Shown: positions 17,251-26,636 of the stretch, in pieces
Layout of the letters: every line of letters starts with the position of its first letter
Numbering within the stretch: the stretch's first letter is position 1
Assembly (NCBI GenBank): GCA_964402565.1
Contig: CAYOCJ010000001.1
Location: 32,079 to 96,078 of the forward strand
From: an uncultured Gammaproteobacteria bacterium
GTDB lineage: Bacteria; Patescibacteriota; Patescibacteriia; UBA1558; 2-01-FULL-52-15
DNA length: 64,000 bases
Direction of reading: 5' to 3'
The notes under the pieces: model-generated
The model's database searches: none
The model's input: the letters and a program-made list of their open reading frames with translations, nothing else
What the model was told of the DNA's origin: nothing
Position numbers and translations under genes: made by a program

Positions 17251-18106
17251 ATGCTGGTTGATCTTCCATTATCTTCCGTATGGCAGGCTCTTCCATGACC
17301 GCATGGCTTGCGCCATAGACAATGAAAATTCTTGATTTCGTTTTCAGATGCTCCTGGATCTTTTTTACAATATGCTCATCTCTAAATTTGCTCGATTCTG
17401 CACCGATGAGATTGATGCGAGTATAGGGGTATGATGCATCTTTCCACGGAATAGGATCATGTCGTTCTGCTGCATGTGTTGGGTCATCGACACTATAGTT
17501 ATTTGGCCAATACTTTTTTCCAATCTCTTCTAAGTGCCGCAATGAATAATCGAACCTTTCCCATTGTGTTCGTTCGACGAAATCCGACATTTGAACAGCG
17601 ACCTCAGTAGACAAGTCAGGTCTTTCGCTCATATGATGCTGTTGATCTACCTGCCGATAATAGTAGTGTGCGAAGATCTCATCCTTGCTGAATCCTTTAT
17701 CGATAAGATTTTGTAACTCATCTTTGAGTGGGGGTTCGGGAGAATCGACTTCCACTCCATGAGTTGCGGCGAGATGCGTAAGGAATCCTGATTCTCCTGC
17801 TTTCAAAATTGTGTCAGCACTTGAAAGTTTTTTTACGCGTTCGATGAATGCTGGTTCTCGTAAGCGTTCTGGATTAATGCCTTCCACCAGGACAAGATCA
17901 GGCGTCATCTGATCAAATTGAGCTTGGATGTCTGCAAATAATGGATCACCAGGATCATACGTATGTGATACGCCAAAATACGTTAGTTGTTTATCACCAT
18001 TTTCGATCGAATAATTATACGGCACATCGTGCTCGACCTGAGCATAGGCCTCAGCACTCATGATCAGATCCTTCGGATCTTGTGGTGGCAATTCTGGTGA
18101 TGACAT
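17249..18106 (-). CDS. Hypothetical protein
   Basis: 285-aa ORF; LTYFGVSH, VLVEG, IVYGASH are reminiscent of TraB/GumN-like folds (weak). Confidence 0.75.
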   Translation of the reverse strand: MSSPELPPQDPKDLIMSAEAYAQVEHDVPYNYSIENGDKQLTYFGVSHTYDPGDPLFADIQAQFDQMTPDLVLVEGINPERLREPAFIERVKKLSSADTILKAGESGFLTHLAATHGVEVDSPEPPLKDELQNLIDKGFSKDEIFAHYYYRQVDQQHHMSERPDLSTEVAVQMSDFVERTQWERFDYSLRHLEEIGKKYWPNNYSVDDPTHAAERHDPIPWKDASYPYTRINLIGAESSKFRDEHIVKKIQEHLKTKSRIFIVYGASHAVMEEPAIRKIMEDQPA

Positions 18107-18110
18107 ATGT

Positions 18111-19520
18111 TTATCCTACACTCCCTTCCATCTCCAACTCAATTAAACGATTCATCTCCACGGCGTACTCCATCGGCAATTCTTTCACGAGCGGCTCGAT
18201 AAATCCATTGACGAGCATGACTGATGCCTGCTCTTTCGTGAGACCGCGTGATTGTAAATAGAAGAGTTGTTCTTCTCCGATTTTTGAAACGGTCGCTTCA
18301 TGTTCGATGGTCGCATCATTCGTATTGATGCGCATGGTCGGATAGGTATCTGAACGAGACTGAGGATCGAGCAAGAGCGCATCGCAATTCACATTTATTT
18401 TTGCTCCGAGAGCTTTCGGGCCTACATGGACAAGGCCGCGGTAACTTGTCCTGCCGCCATACGCAGAAACAGATTTTGAAATAACGCGCGAGCTGGTCTG
18501 AGGAGCTACGTGAATGACCTTTGAGCCTGCGTCTTGATGTTGGTCTTTGCCTGCGAAGGCCATAGAGAGAATGTCTGCACGGGCGCCTTTACCAATGAGA
18601 TAGACCGAGGGGTATTTCATGGTAGCCTTCGCTCCGAAATTGAAATCGACCCATTCAACGATCGCGTTCTCATGTGCATGAGCCCGCTTCGTGACGAGGT
18701 TGTATACATTTTTTGACCAATTTTGGACCGTTGTATAGCGGACTCGGGCATTTTTGAGGGCCACGATCTCTACGACCGCGCTATGCAGTGACGAGGAGAC
18801 ATAGACCGGTGCTGAGCAGCCTTCCACATAATGTACGAAACTGCCCTCATCAGCGATGATGAGTGTACGCTCGAATTGCCCCATGTTTCGCGCATTGATC
18901 CTGAAATATGCCTGCAAGGGCAGATCGACATGAACGCCTTTTGGCACATAGACAAAGCTGCCGCCGGACCACATGGCTGAGTTCAATGCGGCGAATTTAT
19001 TGTCATTCGCTGAAACAACCGTGCCAAAATATTTTTTTACCAAAGCCGGATATTTTTTGCAGGCAGTTTCGACGTCTGTGAAGACAACGCCGGTTTTTTT
19101 CAGACGCTCATTGATATGGTGATAGACATTCTCTGAGTCATACTGGGCGCCGACCCCGGCCAGAAACTCTCGTTCGTATTCCGGTATCTTTAAGCGTTCA
19201 AACGTGTTTTTGATCGAGCTTGGCAGCTCTTCCCAGGTAGTTCCTTTTCGTTCCGCCGGCCGCACATAGTAATAGATATCATCGAAATCGATATCAGAAA
19301 GATCTGCGCCCCATGTAGGCACAGGCCGGGACAGAAAAAAGTCCAATGCTTTGTGACGGTTTTCCCGCACCCATGACGGTTCTTTCTTCTGATCTGAAAT
19401 GATGTCGACAACCGCATGCGAAGCGCCTTTCGGGCTTCGGAACAAGGACCGTTCAGGATCAGAGAAGCCATATTGGTAAGGCCGCTCGAACTTTTTCTTT
19501 ACCGCAACATTATTTTGCAT
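18111..19520 (-). CDS. sufB: Fe-S cluster assembly protein SufB
   Basis: GQFERTLII, HYVEGCSAP, SLHSAVVE, LEMEGSVG; start trimmed to MQNNV. Confidence 0.97.
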   Translation of the reverse strand: MQNNVAVKKKFERPYQYGFSDPERSLFRSPKGASHAVVDIISDQKKEPSWVRENRHKALDFFLSRPVPTWGADLSDIDFDDIYYYVRPAERKGTTWEELPSSIKNTFERLKIPEYEREFLAGVGAQYDSENVYHHINERLKKTGVVFTDVETACKKYPALVKKYFGTVVSANDNKFAALNSAMWSGGSFVYVPKGVHVDLPLQAYFRINARNMGQFERTLIIADEGSFVHYVEGCSAPVYVSSSLHSAVVEIVALKNARVRYTTVQNWSKNVYNLVTKRAHAHENAIVEWVDFNFGAKATMKYPSVYLIGKGARADILSMAFAGKDQHQDAGSKVIHVAPQTSSRVISKSVSAYGGRTSYRGLVHVGPKALGAKINVNCDALLLDPQSRSDTYPTMRINTNDATIEHEATVSKIGEEQLFYLQSRGLTKEQASVMLVNGFIEPLVKELPMEYAVEMNRLIELEMEGSVG

Positions 19521-20328
19521 CTCGTTTTGGTTTCGATTCGATGATATGTTCGTACCCTTTTTTCTCGATCGTACGCGCAAGCTCTGCGCCGCCTGATTTC
19601 ACGATGCGCCCATGAGCGACTATATGTACTCTATTCGGCTTCAGGTATTTGAGAATGCGCTGGTAATGGGTAATGAGCAAAATAGCCATGCCTGCTTTAT
19701 GCGCTGTATTGATCGCCTGCGCTATTTTTTTTAATGCGTCAATATCAAGGCCTGAATCAGGTTCGTCGAGGATAGCAAGTTTCGGTTTCAGCGCGACCAT
19801 TTGCAAAATTTCTGCTTTCTTTTTTTCACCGCCAGAGAAGCCGTCATTGAGTCCGCGATAGAGCATAGCCGGATCCATGCCCAGCGATGACATCGCAGAT
19901 TCAAGGTCTACGCGCAGCTGCGCTTGCTGCTCGCGCTGTTCGAATTCTATTTTTGAAGCAAGCGTTGCATGCAGCACCTTGCTCCCGATCTTTGGATTCA
20001 GCGCTTCTTTTTTTGCGGCTGGAAGTATAGTGCTGAGTGAAATGCCCGGAATAGACAGAGGGTATTGGAAGCCCAGGAAAATTCCCAGCCGTGCACGCTC
20101 ATCGGTCGTACGTTTTTTTATATCCTTTCCCATGAAACGCAATGCATCGGCCGAGACGGTGTATTGCGGATGAGCGAGGAGTGCTTGTGAAACGGTGCTT
20201 TTGCCAGAACCGTTCGGGCCCATTAATACGTGTAGTTCACCTGGCGCAATGGCAAGAGAGAAATGGTCAATGATCTTTTTCTTGCCGATCCTGACTGAGA
20301 GATTTTGTATTGTTAAAAGTTGCACCAT
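19510..20328 (-). CDS. sufC: Fe-S cluster assembly ATPase SufC
   Basis: MGPNGSGKST, GFSGGEKKKAEILQM, LDEPDSGLDID, ITHYQRIL. Confidence 0.96.
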   Translation of the reverse strand: MVQLLTIQNLSVRIGKKKIIDHFSLAIAPGELHVLMGPNGSGKSTVSQALLAHPQYTVSADALRFMGKDIKKRTTDERARLGIFLGFQYPLSIPGISLSTILPAAKKEALNPKIGSKVLHATLASKIEFEQREQQAQLRVDLESAMSSLGMDPAMLYRGLNDGFSGGEKKKAEILQMVALKPKLAILDEPDSGLDIDALKKIAQAINTAHKAGMAILLITHYQRILKYLKPNRVHIVAHGRIVKSGGAELARTIEKKGYEHIIESKPKRDAK

Positions 20329-20454
20329 ATTCGTCTCATATTGGGATTTGAGTGTATCCTAGGGTATGGGTTTGTCAATCTGAATATATGAGCCGTCGCG
20401 CATGCATTTTTTCGTTTGTGCGCGGTGTTCTTGGCATGTTACAATATAGCTACT

Positions 20455-21204
20455 ATGCCAAAAAAGCCTCAAGAGACCAAGAGTGTAAAGATCGCAAAGA
20501 ATATTTTGCTGGTTCTGCTCTGCGTATTCAGCGCCGCATCCGTCGTGTTCAGTTTATTCGTGCTATTTGGCGACTTGGGCGGCACGAGAGCAGTCTCGCC
20601 GGCTCAGGCGCGAGGATTATTTACTGTTTTTATCTTTGATCATATCAATGAGGTGCATCCGACAAAATTGCCCTCAGGCAGCACCTGGCAAGTGACCAAT
20701 CTTGAATTTCAGAATAAAAATTTAGCAATCGTCGACACCACTGACGGGCATACTAGATCAAAACTTGAATTTATTTTTGTTATTGAATATCCGAATGTCC
20801 GCATCCTGAAGGTCAATGACATCACCGGGCGCGATCTGGAGGATGCAAACCTGACTTTGGTCCGTTTTTTGACGGACATGCAGGGAGCTGATTACCTGAA
20901 CGCAGCAGCATTGTACGGCGGTTCTATCTCACGTCTGGTTCAATATGGTTCAGAGTCATCGTCGCTGCCGAAGCTGCTTGAAGAGTATTGCGCAAAAGCA
21001 ACTGTTGCAGCACACTGTTTGCCGTTCAAGATCACCGAAGCAAGAAAAAATGTAGAAACAGGCACCTATAATTTCACCGTAAAGTATACAGCCCCGGATA
21101 AAACATTATTTACATTGCCTGACGGCACCTCGCTATTCACTGCGAGCGTTGAAGCGAAAGATAGTTCGGTATTTCGAGTAGTCACATTGCCCTTCGATCA
21201 TTAA
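20455..21204 (+). CDS. Hypothetical membrane-anchored protein
   Basis: N-terminal TM; start trimmed to MPKKP. Confidence 0.7.
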   Translation: MPKKPQETKSVKIAKNILLVLLCVFSAASVVFSLFVLFGDLGGTRAVSPAQARGLFTVFIFDHINEVHPTKLPSGSTWQVTNLEFQNKNLAIVDTTDGHTRSKLEFIFVIEYPNVRILKVNDITGRDLEDANLTLVRFLTDMQGADYLNAAALYGGSISRLVQYGSESSSLPKLLEEYCAKATVAAHCLPFKITEARKNVETGTYNFTVKYTAPDKTLFTLPDGTSLFTASVEAKDSSVFRVVTLPFDH

Positions 21205-21205
21205 G

Positions 21206-22237
21206 TTATCTGCCGGTCGATTTGACGATAGCTCCTAAGCCGTATTCCTGCGGCGATAGGGGGCTTTCTTTTGTCATATTTTTTTCAGCTTTCATGTATT
21301 TCAAGCTGACACTGATCATGCTCCCCGTTAATTTCTGCAGCATCGCAGTCGGTTGATCATTGCTGGTGATGCGGTTTCGCGGGTCAACATCTTCGACAGC
21401 GCTGAGGATGTGCTCAAGCGTCGTTCGGCCAAATCCTGCCGTTGCTTCGAACTTTAAATCTCGCGGCAGATCAGGGATGCGCTCACGCAATTTATGTTTC
21501 TCTATTGCTTTTTCGATTTCTTCTGCGGGCCATATATCCTGGACATCGAGCCTTGCCATTTCCTCCTGGAGGGCGATCGAGACTTCGCTCCACAGCTTCT
21601 CCCAGTCCACGTCATTATCAGGATTACCTTTAGCCAGGATCATGAATTCATCGGCTGCACCCGCGCCGAGCCGCGCCACGGTAATGGCAATATGTTTTTC
21701 CCTGAGCTGCGCCAATGTTTCGCTTTGATTGAGCCAATTGGCGATTCGCTGCAAGTAGGCATCACCTGCAGGCCTGCCATAGTAGTCGTTCAATGCTTTC
21801 AGGCCGTTCAAGTCTATGGCGAACATGGCGATGTGATTATAGGTGTGCCGTTTTTCATTGATCAGCTCTTTGCGGATGATTTCTTCGGTGCTCTGTTTTA
21901 GAAAATCTTCATTACGGAGGCCGGTTTTATCGATGAAGGTGAGCTTTGAGGGGTCTTTCTCATTGCCGGCAACTTCATAGGATTGGGCGATTTCATACGA
22001 GGCCTTTCGCTCTGTCGCCGGAGGAAATGCATTCCCGCTATTATATCGATTGCGCGCCTCCATGATCTCTCGCGCGACCATCTCCTGAACGAAGTCAGGC
22101 AGCATCGTGCTTACGGTTTCATCCAGATCAACTGGCGGCCGGACGGCAGGTTCATATCGATCGCGAAATTGAACGATAACTTCATCACGCGTTAGCACTT
22201 GTTCGTTCCGTTCCATTGAGAATGATGCTTCTGGCAT
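21206..22237 (-). CDS. GGDEF-like domain protein, degenerate signature
   Basis: IDLNGLKALNDYYGRPAGDAYL and VARLGAGAADEF. Confidence 0.8.
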   Translation of the reverse strand: MPEASFSMERNEQVLTRDEVIVQFRDRYEPAVRPPVDLDETVSTMLPDFVQEMVAREIMEARNRYNSGNAFPPATERKASYEIAQSYEVAGNEKDPSKLTFIDKTGLRNEDFLKQSTEEIIRKELINEKRHTYNHIAMFAIDLNGLKALNDYYGRPAGDAYLQRIANWLNQSETLAQLREKHIAITVARLGAGAADEFMILAKGNPDNDVDWEKLWSEVSIALQEEMARLDVQDIWPAEEIEKAIEKHKLRERIPDLPRDLKFEATAGFGRTTLEHILSAVEDVDPRNRITSNDQPTAMLQKLTGSMISVSLKYMKAEKNMTKESPLSPQEYGLGAIVKSTGR

Positions 22238-22279
22238 AGGAGTATTGTAATGTATTCGTGTTCGACGGACAATCCGGCC

Positions 22280-23044
22280 TTAAGGCTGCGAAGCAGCGCG
22301 GGCATGTTTGATACTGCGCGCGGTTATGGAATTTCCTTGTCCTGCTTTCCGACTTTTCTTTTGTACCAGGCGTTGAATAGAACGCGTGCTGATCCGCGAA
22401 GCTGCTGCTCTCTTTGTCTTGGCGCGGTCATGACTCGTAAAAAGGTAGGGAATCTGATCAGTACGCTGTTTCAGATATTCCGTGATATAGAAAAGGGTAT
22501 GGTTATTCAGCTGAAGCGTCCGTTCGCGCCTCCCGGCTACAAAAAGTTTCTTTTTTTTGGCATCAAAGTTTTTGACCAGCAGTTCTGTTATTTCCTGCAG
22601 GCGTATATCGCTTCCCCAGAGCAACTCGAGCATGGCACGATCTCTCGACACAAGGATAGAAGCCGCCTCAGACCTCTTTTGATCAGCGAGCAATGAGGCT
22701 ACTGCTCGCTCGGATGGGACAGCGGGGGCATGGTATCGAACTGGCTGCAGTTCAATGCGCCGGTAATCTATACGGCGTTCAGATTGCGGCAGCCATCGCA
22801 AGAAACTTCGCAATGCGATGAGGTGATAATTGATCGTTGTACTCTGCAATTTCGCTGATGCAAGCTCGCTTTGGAATTGTTGAACCTTCTTTCCTGTTAT
22901 ATCGGCGGTTGAGAGAATATGGTGACCTCGAAAAAATCTATTCAAATAATCTCGGTAATGAGCAATGGTCAAATCGGCGCTGCCCTTAGACCGTTTGAGG
23001 TAGCTTGCGAATTGACTGAGCGTTGCGTCTATGGAGCGTGCCAT
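22280..23044 (-). CDS. XerC/D-like tyrosine recombinase homolog lacking the C-terminal catalytic region
   Basis: SAM-like N-domain, RDRAMLELL...IRLQE; ends ITARSIKH with no HxxR, LGH or catalytic Tyr. Confidence 0.8.
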   Translation of the reverse strand: MARSIDATLSQFASYLKRSKGSADLTIAHYRDYLNRFFRGHHILSTADITGKKVQQFQSELASAKLQSTTINYHLIALRSFLRWLPQSERRIDYRRIELQPVRYHAPAVPSERAVASLLADQKRSEAASILVSRDRAMLELLWGSDIRLQEITELLVKNFDAKKKKLFVAGRRERTLQLNNHTLFYITEYLKQRTDQIPYLFTSHDRAKTKRAAASRISTRSIQRLVQKKSRKAGQGNSITARSIKHARAASQP

Positions 23045-23146
23045 ACGTTTATTTTATGACACTTAAGAAGAAATGTCACTTAAGATCCAATCGAAAGGCA
23101 CGCAAGAGTAGAATATCGTCAACCTTTTGTTAATAAAAACATGGCA

Positions 23147-23175
23147 TTGACTTTTCAGGTGAACTATCGTAGTAT
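23147..23175 (+). promoter_or_regulatory. sigma70-like promoter of rpsO
   Basis: TTGACT-17-TAGTAT. Confidence 0.6.
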
Positions 23176-23274
23176 CTTCTCGTTAACTCATTAATACCTT
23201 ACTTGGAAATTGGAGCATCTCGGCCTTTTTCTCGGTGAGGCATGTCAGCCAGCTGGCTGAAGAAAGGAAAGCCT

Positions 23275-23622
23275 ATGCTTTCAAAAGCACAGAAAGAGAA
23301 AGTAATTGAGAAGTTTCGAACCCATAAGAACGATACGGGTTCGGCAGAGGTCCAGATCGCGATCCTCACTGCAGAGATCAAGGATCTCTCGAAGCACTTG
23401 AAGGATCATAAGAAGGATTTTTCCTCACGCAGAGGCCTTATCCGCAAGGTTTCACAGCGGCGTAAATTGTTGCGTTACTTGCGAAAGGATAATGAAAAGA
23501 GCTTCACGAAACTGACGAAAGCCTTGAAGTTGAAGGCGCCGAAGCAAGGCGAGATGCCAGAGGCGATCGGCGAAGATGAATTAGCAGTACCGGAAGAAGA
23601 GAAAGTGACAGAAGAAGTATAA
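23275..23622 (+). CDS. rpsO: 30S ribosomal protein S15 with acidic C-terminal extension
   Basis: DTGSAEVQIAILT..I..L..HLK.HKKDFSSRRGL. Confidence 0.97.
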   Translation: MLSKAQKEKVIEKFRTHKNDTGSAEVQIAILTAEIKDLSKHLKDHKKDFSSRRGLIRKVSQRRKLLRYLRKDNEKSFTKLTKALKLKAPKQGEMPEAIGEDELAVPEEEKVTEEV

Positions 23623-23630
23623 TTAGAACG

Positions 23631-23656
23631 AATCCCGCTTCGCGAGAGGCGGGATT
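23631..23656 (+). terminator. Hairpin after rpsO
   Basis: AATCCCGCTTC/GAGGCGGGATT. Confidence 0.6.
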
Positions 23657-23676
23657 AGTCGTTTATATAAGGATCT

Positions 23677-24180
23677 ATGATAGTAAAACACAAAGAACAG
23701 AGGGTCGGAGTCTTCGTGGATGTACAGAATATGTACTATTCTGCGAAGAATTTATATCAAGGCAAGGTGAATTTTGGCGCTCTTTTGACGCATGTGGTCG
23801 CCGGACGCAAATTGATACGCGCGACAGCCTACGTGATCCGCGGACCGCAATCAGAGGACGATCATTTTTTTACGGCACTTGAGAAGCAGGGCTACGAGAT
23901 CAAGGCAAAGGATCTGCAGGTATTTGCCGGCGGCACCAAAAAAGGGGACTGGGATGTAGGCATTGTCATTGATGCGATCAAGATGTCGCGTTCAGTAGAC
24001 GTGGTAGTGCTCATCTCAGGAGACGGTGACTATGTGCCGGCAGTAGAGTATTTGCAAAATCATGGTATTTTGGTGGAAGTCGCGGCATTCGGAGAGACTG
24101 CTTCGGGCACCTTGAAGGAAAAGGCAGATGATTTCATGGATATTTCTAAGCAGCCCAAAAAGTTCTTATTACATAATTAA
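23677..24180 (+). CDS. NYN-domain (LabA/DUF88) protein
   Basis: VFVDVQNMY, KGDWDVGI, LISGDGDY, LKEKADDF. Confidence 0.92.
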   Translation: MIVKHKEQRVGVFVDVQNMYYSAKNLYQGKVNFGALLTHVVAGRKLIRATAYVIRGPQSEDDHFFTALEKQGYEIKAKDLQVFAGGTKKGDWDVGIVIDAIKMSRSVDVVVLISGDGDYVPAVEYLQNHGILVEVAAFGETASGTLKEKADDFMDISKQPKKFLLHN

Positions 24181-24186
24181 TTAAGT

Positions 24187-24325
24187 GCGGGCGAAACGTT
24201 TGGCATGGCTCCGGTGGTAGAGTACTTTGAGGAGCTTACAGCCTACTGCAATGACCTTTTTAGGTTTCAGTAAGCCATAAGCTACTCAAAAAACTGTATC
24301 ACCTCAGGCGAACGCATCGCTTTGC
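24187..24325 (+). promoter_or_regulatory. Long imperfect hairpin in pnp leader (RNase III site-like)
   Basis: GGTGGTAGAGT/ACTGTATCACC, TTTGAGGAGCTTA/TAAGCTACTCAAA, CTACTG/CAGTAA nested pairings. Confidence 0.65.
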
Positions 24326-24340
24326 GAGAAAGATACAAGA

Positions 24341-26611
24341 ATGAAAGAAATTAAAAGGTTTGAACGCGATTTTGCTGGACGCAAACTCGTGATTGAGATC
24401 GGTAAGCTTGCAAAACAGGCTCACGGATCATGCACTGTTCGCTACGGCGATACGGTCGTTTTAGCGACAGCGGTCATTGCACCGAAAGAGCGTGACGGCG
24501 TTGATTATTTCCCCCTAATGGTCGACTATGAGGAGCGTCTTTACGCTGCAGGGAAGATCAAAGGCTCCCGCTTCATCAAGCGTGAAGGCCGTGCAACTGA
24601 TGAGGCTATTCTAACCGCACGGCTGATCGACAGAAGCATCCGGCCATTGTTCAAGGACACGGTACGAAAAGATGTGCAGGTGGTCGTGACCGTGCTTTCC
24701 ATTGATCAGGAGAATACTCCTGATTTTCCGGCTTTGATCGCAACGTCAGTAGCGCTTGGCATTTCGCCGATCCCGTGGAGCGGACCGCTCGCTGCAGTAT
24801 GCATCGGCCGTACAGATGGCCAGCTCGTAGTAAATCCAAGCTATGAGAGCCGCATGGTAAGCGATCTGGACCTGTTCGTCGCAGGAACTGCAGATGAGGT
24901 TGTCATGATCGAATCAGGAGCTCATGAGATCGCTGAAGACACGATGTTCGATGCGATCACGTTTGCGAGCAAACAGATCTCTGATGTATTGACCTTCGTG
25001 CAACAGGCCATCGACTCATGCGCAATGCCGAAAACAGTACATCCTGCATTGAGCGCGGATGAACAGAAGATACAAGATCTGGTCCAGTCGAAAGTAAAAG
25101 CATTTATAGCAACGAAGGATCTGACTAAGGTCTGGACGCATGATAAAGATACTACCAAGAGCAATACATTCGCCCTGAAAGATGAATTAGACGCTCTCCT
25201 TAAAGCAGACAATGAAGTTTCGAAAGATGCCAGAGCCAAAGGCGTTGCTCTTCTTGAGCTTGCGCTCGAAGACGCTGCCCGCGATCTGGTACTGAATACC
25301 AATAAGCGCGTTGACGGGCGGGCATTGGATGAGATTCGCGGCCTTTCGGCCGAAGTTGGGGTATTGCCGCGCACGCATGGCACTGGTCTATTCCAGCGGG
25401 GCGAAACACAGGTACTCTCGATCGTTACATTAGGCTCTCCTGGCATGGAGCAGACGCTTGATACGATGGAAGAGTCCGGCACGAAGCGCTACATGCACCA
25501 TTATAATTTCCCTCCTTTTTCGGTCGGTGAAGTAAAGCCTATGCGCGGACCATCGCGGCGAGATATCGGCCACGGTGCATTGGCAGAGAAAGCATTAGTA
25601 CCGCTGATTCCGAATAAAGAAAAATTCCCTTACACCATTCGCGTTGTTTCTGAGGTATTAGGTTCGAATGGTTCTTCATCTCAGGCTTCGGTGTGCGGAT
25701 CATCACTCGCGCTCATGGATGCAGGCGTGCCGATCAAGTCGGCATGTGCCGGGATAGCGATGGGATTGATAACGAATCCAAATGACAAAAAAGATTATCG
25801 TTTATTGACCGATATTCAGGGCATCGAAGATCATGCTGGCGATATGGATTTCAAGGTTGCCGGTACGTCACAGGGGATTACGGCGATTCAATTAGACATT
25901 AAACTCGGCGGCATTTCGCTGGAGATCTGCCAAAAAGCAATACAGCAAGCGCGCGTTGCCCGCATGCAAATTTTCAAAGTAATGGAACAGGCCATTGCAG
26001 CGCCTCGGGCAGAGCTGTCTGAGTATGCGCCGCGCATCCTTTCACTTTCCATTCCTGTCGATAAGATCCGCGAAGTTATCGGTTCGGGCGGCAAAGTAAT
26101 CAATGAGATTATTGATACCTGCGGCGTTGAGGCTATCGATATTGACGATGAAGGCTTCGTCGTCATCACCTCGCACAGCGCTGAAGGCGCCGAGAAGGCC
26201 CGCGATTGGGTCATGTCGATCGTGAAAGAAATCGAAGTGGGCGAAGTCTATGAGGGACCGGTGACCCAGATCATTGCAGACAGAAATTCTGGCGAAGAGA
26301 TCGGTGCTATCGTCGAGCTCGCGAAGGGCAAGGACGGCATGGTGCACATCTCTCAATTCCGACATGAGCGCGTCGCCCGAGTTTCAGATGTCGTGAAAAT
26401 AGGCGATATGCTGAAGGTCAAAGTGATGGAGGTTGATCCGGTTCGCGGACGCATTAGCCTGTCCGCAAAGGCATTACTGACGCCGCCGCCTTTCGATCCG
26501 AATGCTCCGCAGTATGAGGATTCGAGGCGTACGAATGGGTATCGCAATGCTCCGCGGCATCACGGCGCTACAAATAATCACGGCGGACCTCGCCGGGATT
26601 TTCGCAGATAG
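24341..26611 (+). CDS. pnp: Polyribonucleotide nucleotidyltransferase
   Basis: Two RNase PH domains (RLIDRSIRPLF, SNGSSSQAS, GDMDFKVAG), KH and S1. Confidence 0.98.
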   Translation: MKEIKRFERDFAGRKLVIEIGKLAKQAHGSCTVRYGDTVVLATAVIAPKERDGVDYFPLMVDYEERLYAAGKIKGSRFIKREGRATDEAILTARLIDRSIRPLFKDTVRKDVQVVVTVLSIDQENTPDFPALIATSVALGISPIPWSGPLAAVCIGRTDGQLVVNPSYESRMVSDLDLFVAGTADEVVMIESGAHEIAEDTMFDAITFASKQISDVLTFVQQAIDSCAMPKTVHPALSADEQKIQDLVQSKVKAFIATKDLTKVWTHDKDTTKSNTFALKDELDALLKADNEVSKDARAKGVALLELALEDAARDLVLNTNKRVDGRALDEIRGLSAEVGVLPRTHGTGLFQRGETQVLSIVTLGSPGMEQTLDTMEESGTKRYMHHYNFPPFSVGEVKPMRGPSRRDIGHGALAEKALVPLIPNKEKFPYTIRVVSEVLGSNGSSSQASVCGSSLALMDAGVPIKSACAGIAMGLITNPNDKKDYRLLTDIQGIEDHAGDMDFKVAGTSQGITAIQLDIKLGGISLEICQKAIQQARVARMQIFKVMEQAIAAPRAELSEYAPRILSLSIPVDKIREVIGSGGKVINEIIDTCGVEAIDIDDEGFVVITSHSAEGAEKARDWVMSIVKEIEVGEVYEGPVTQIIADRNSGEEIGAIVELAKGKDGMVHISQFRHERVARVSDVVKIGDMLKVKVMEVDPVRGRISLSAKALLTPPPFDPNAPQYEDSRRTNGYRNAPRHHGATNNHGGPRRDFRR

Positions 26612-26636
26612 CATCTTACATACATAACTACATATC

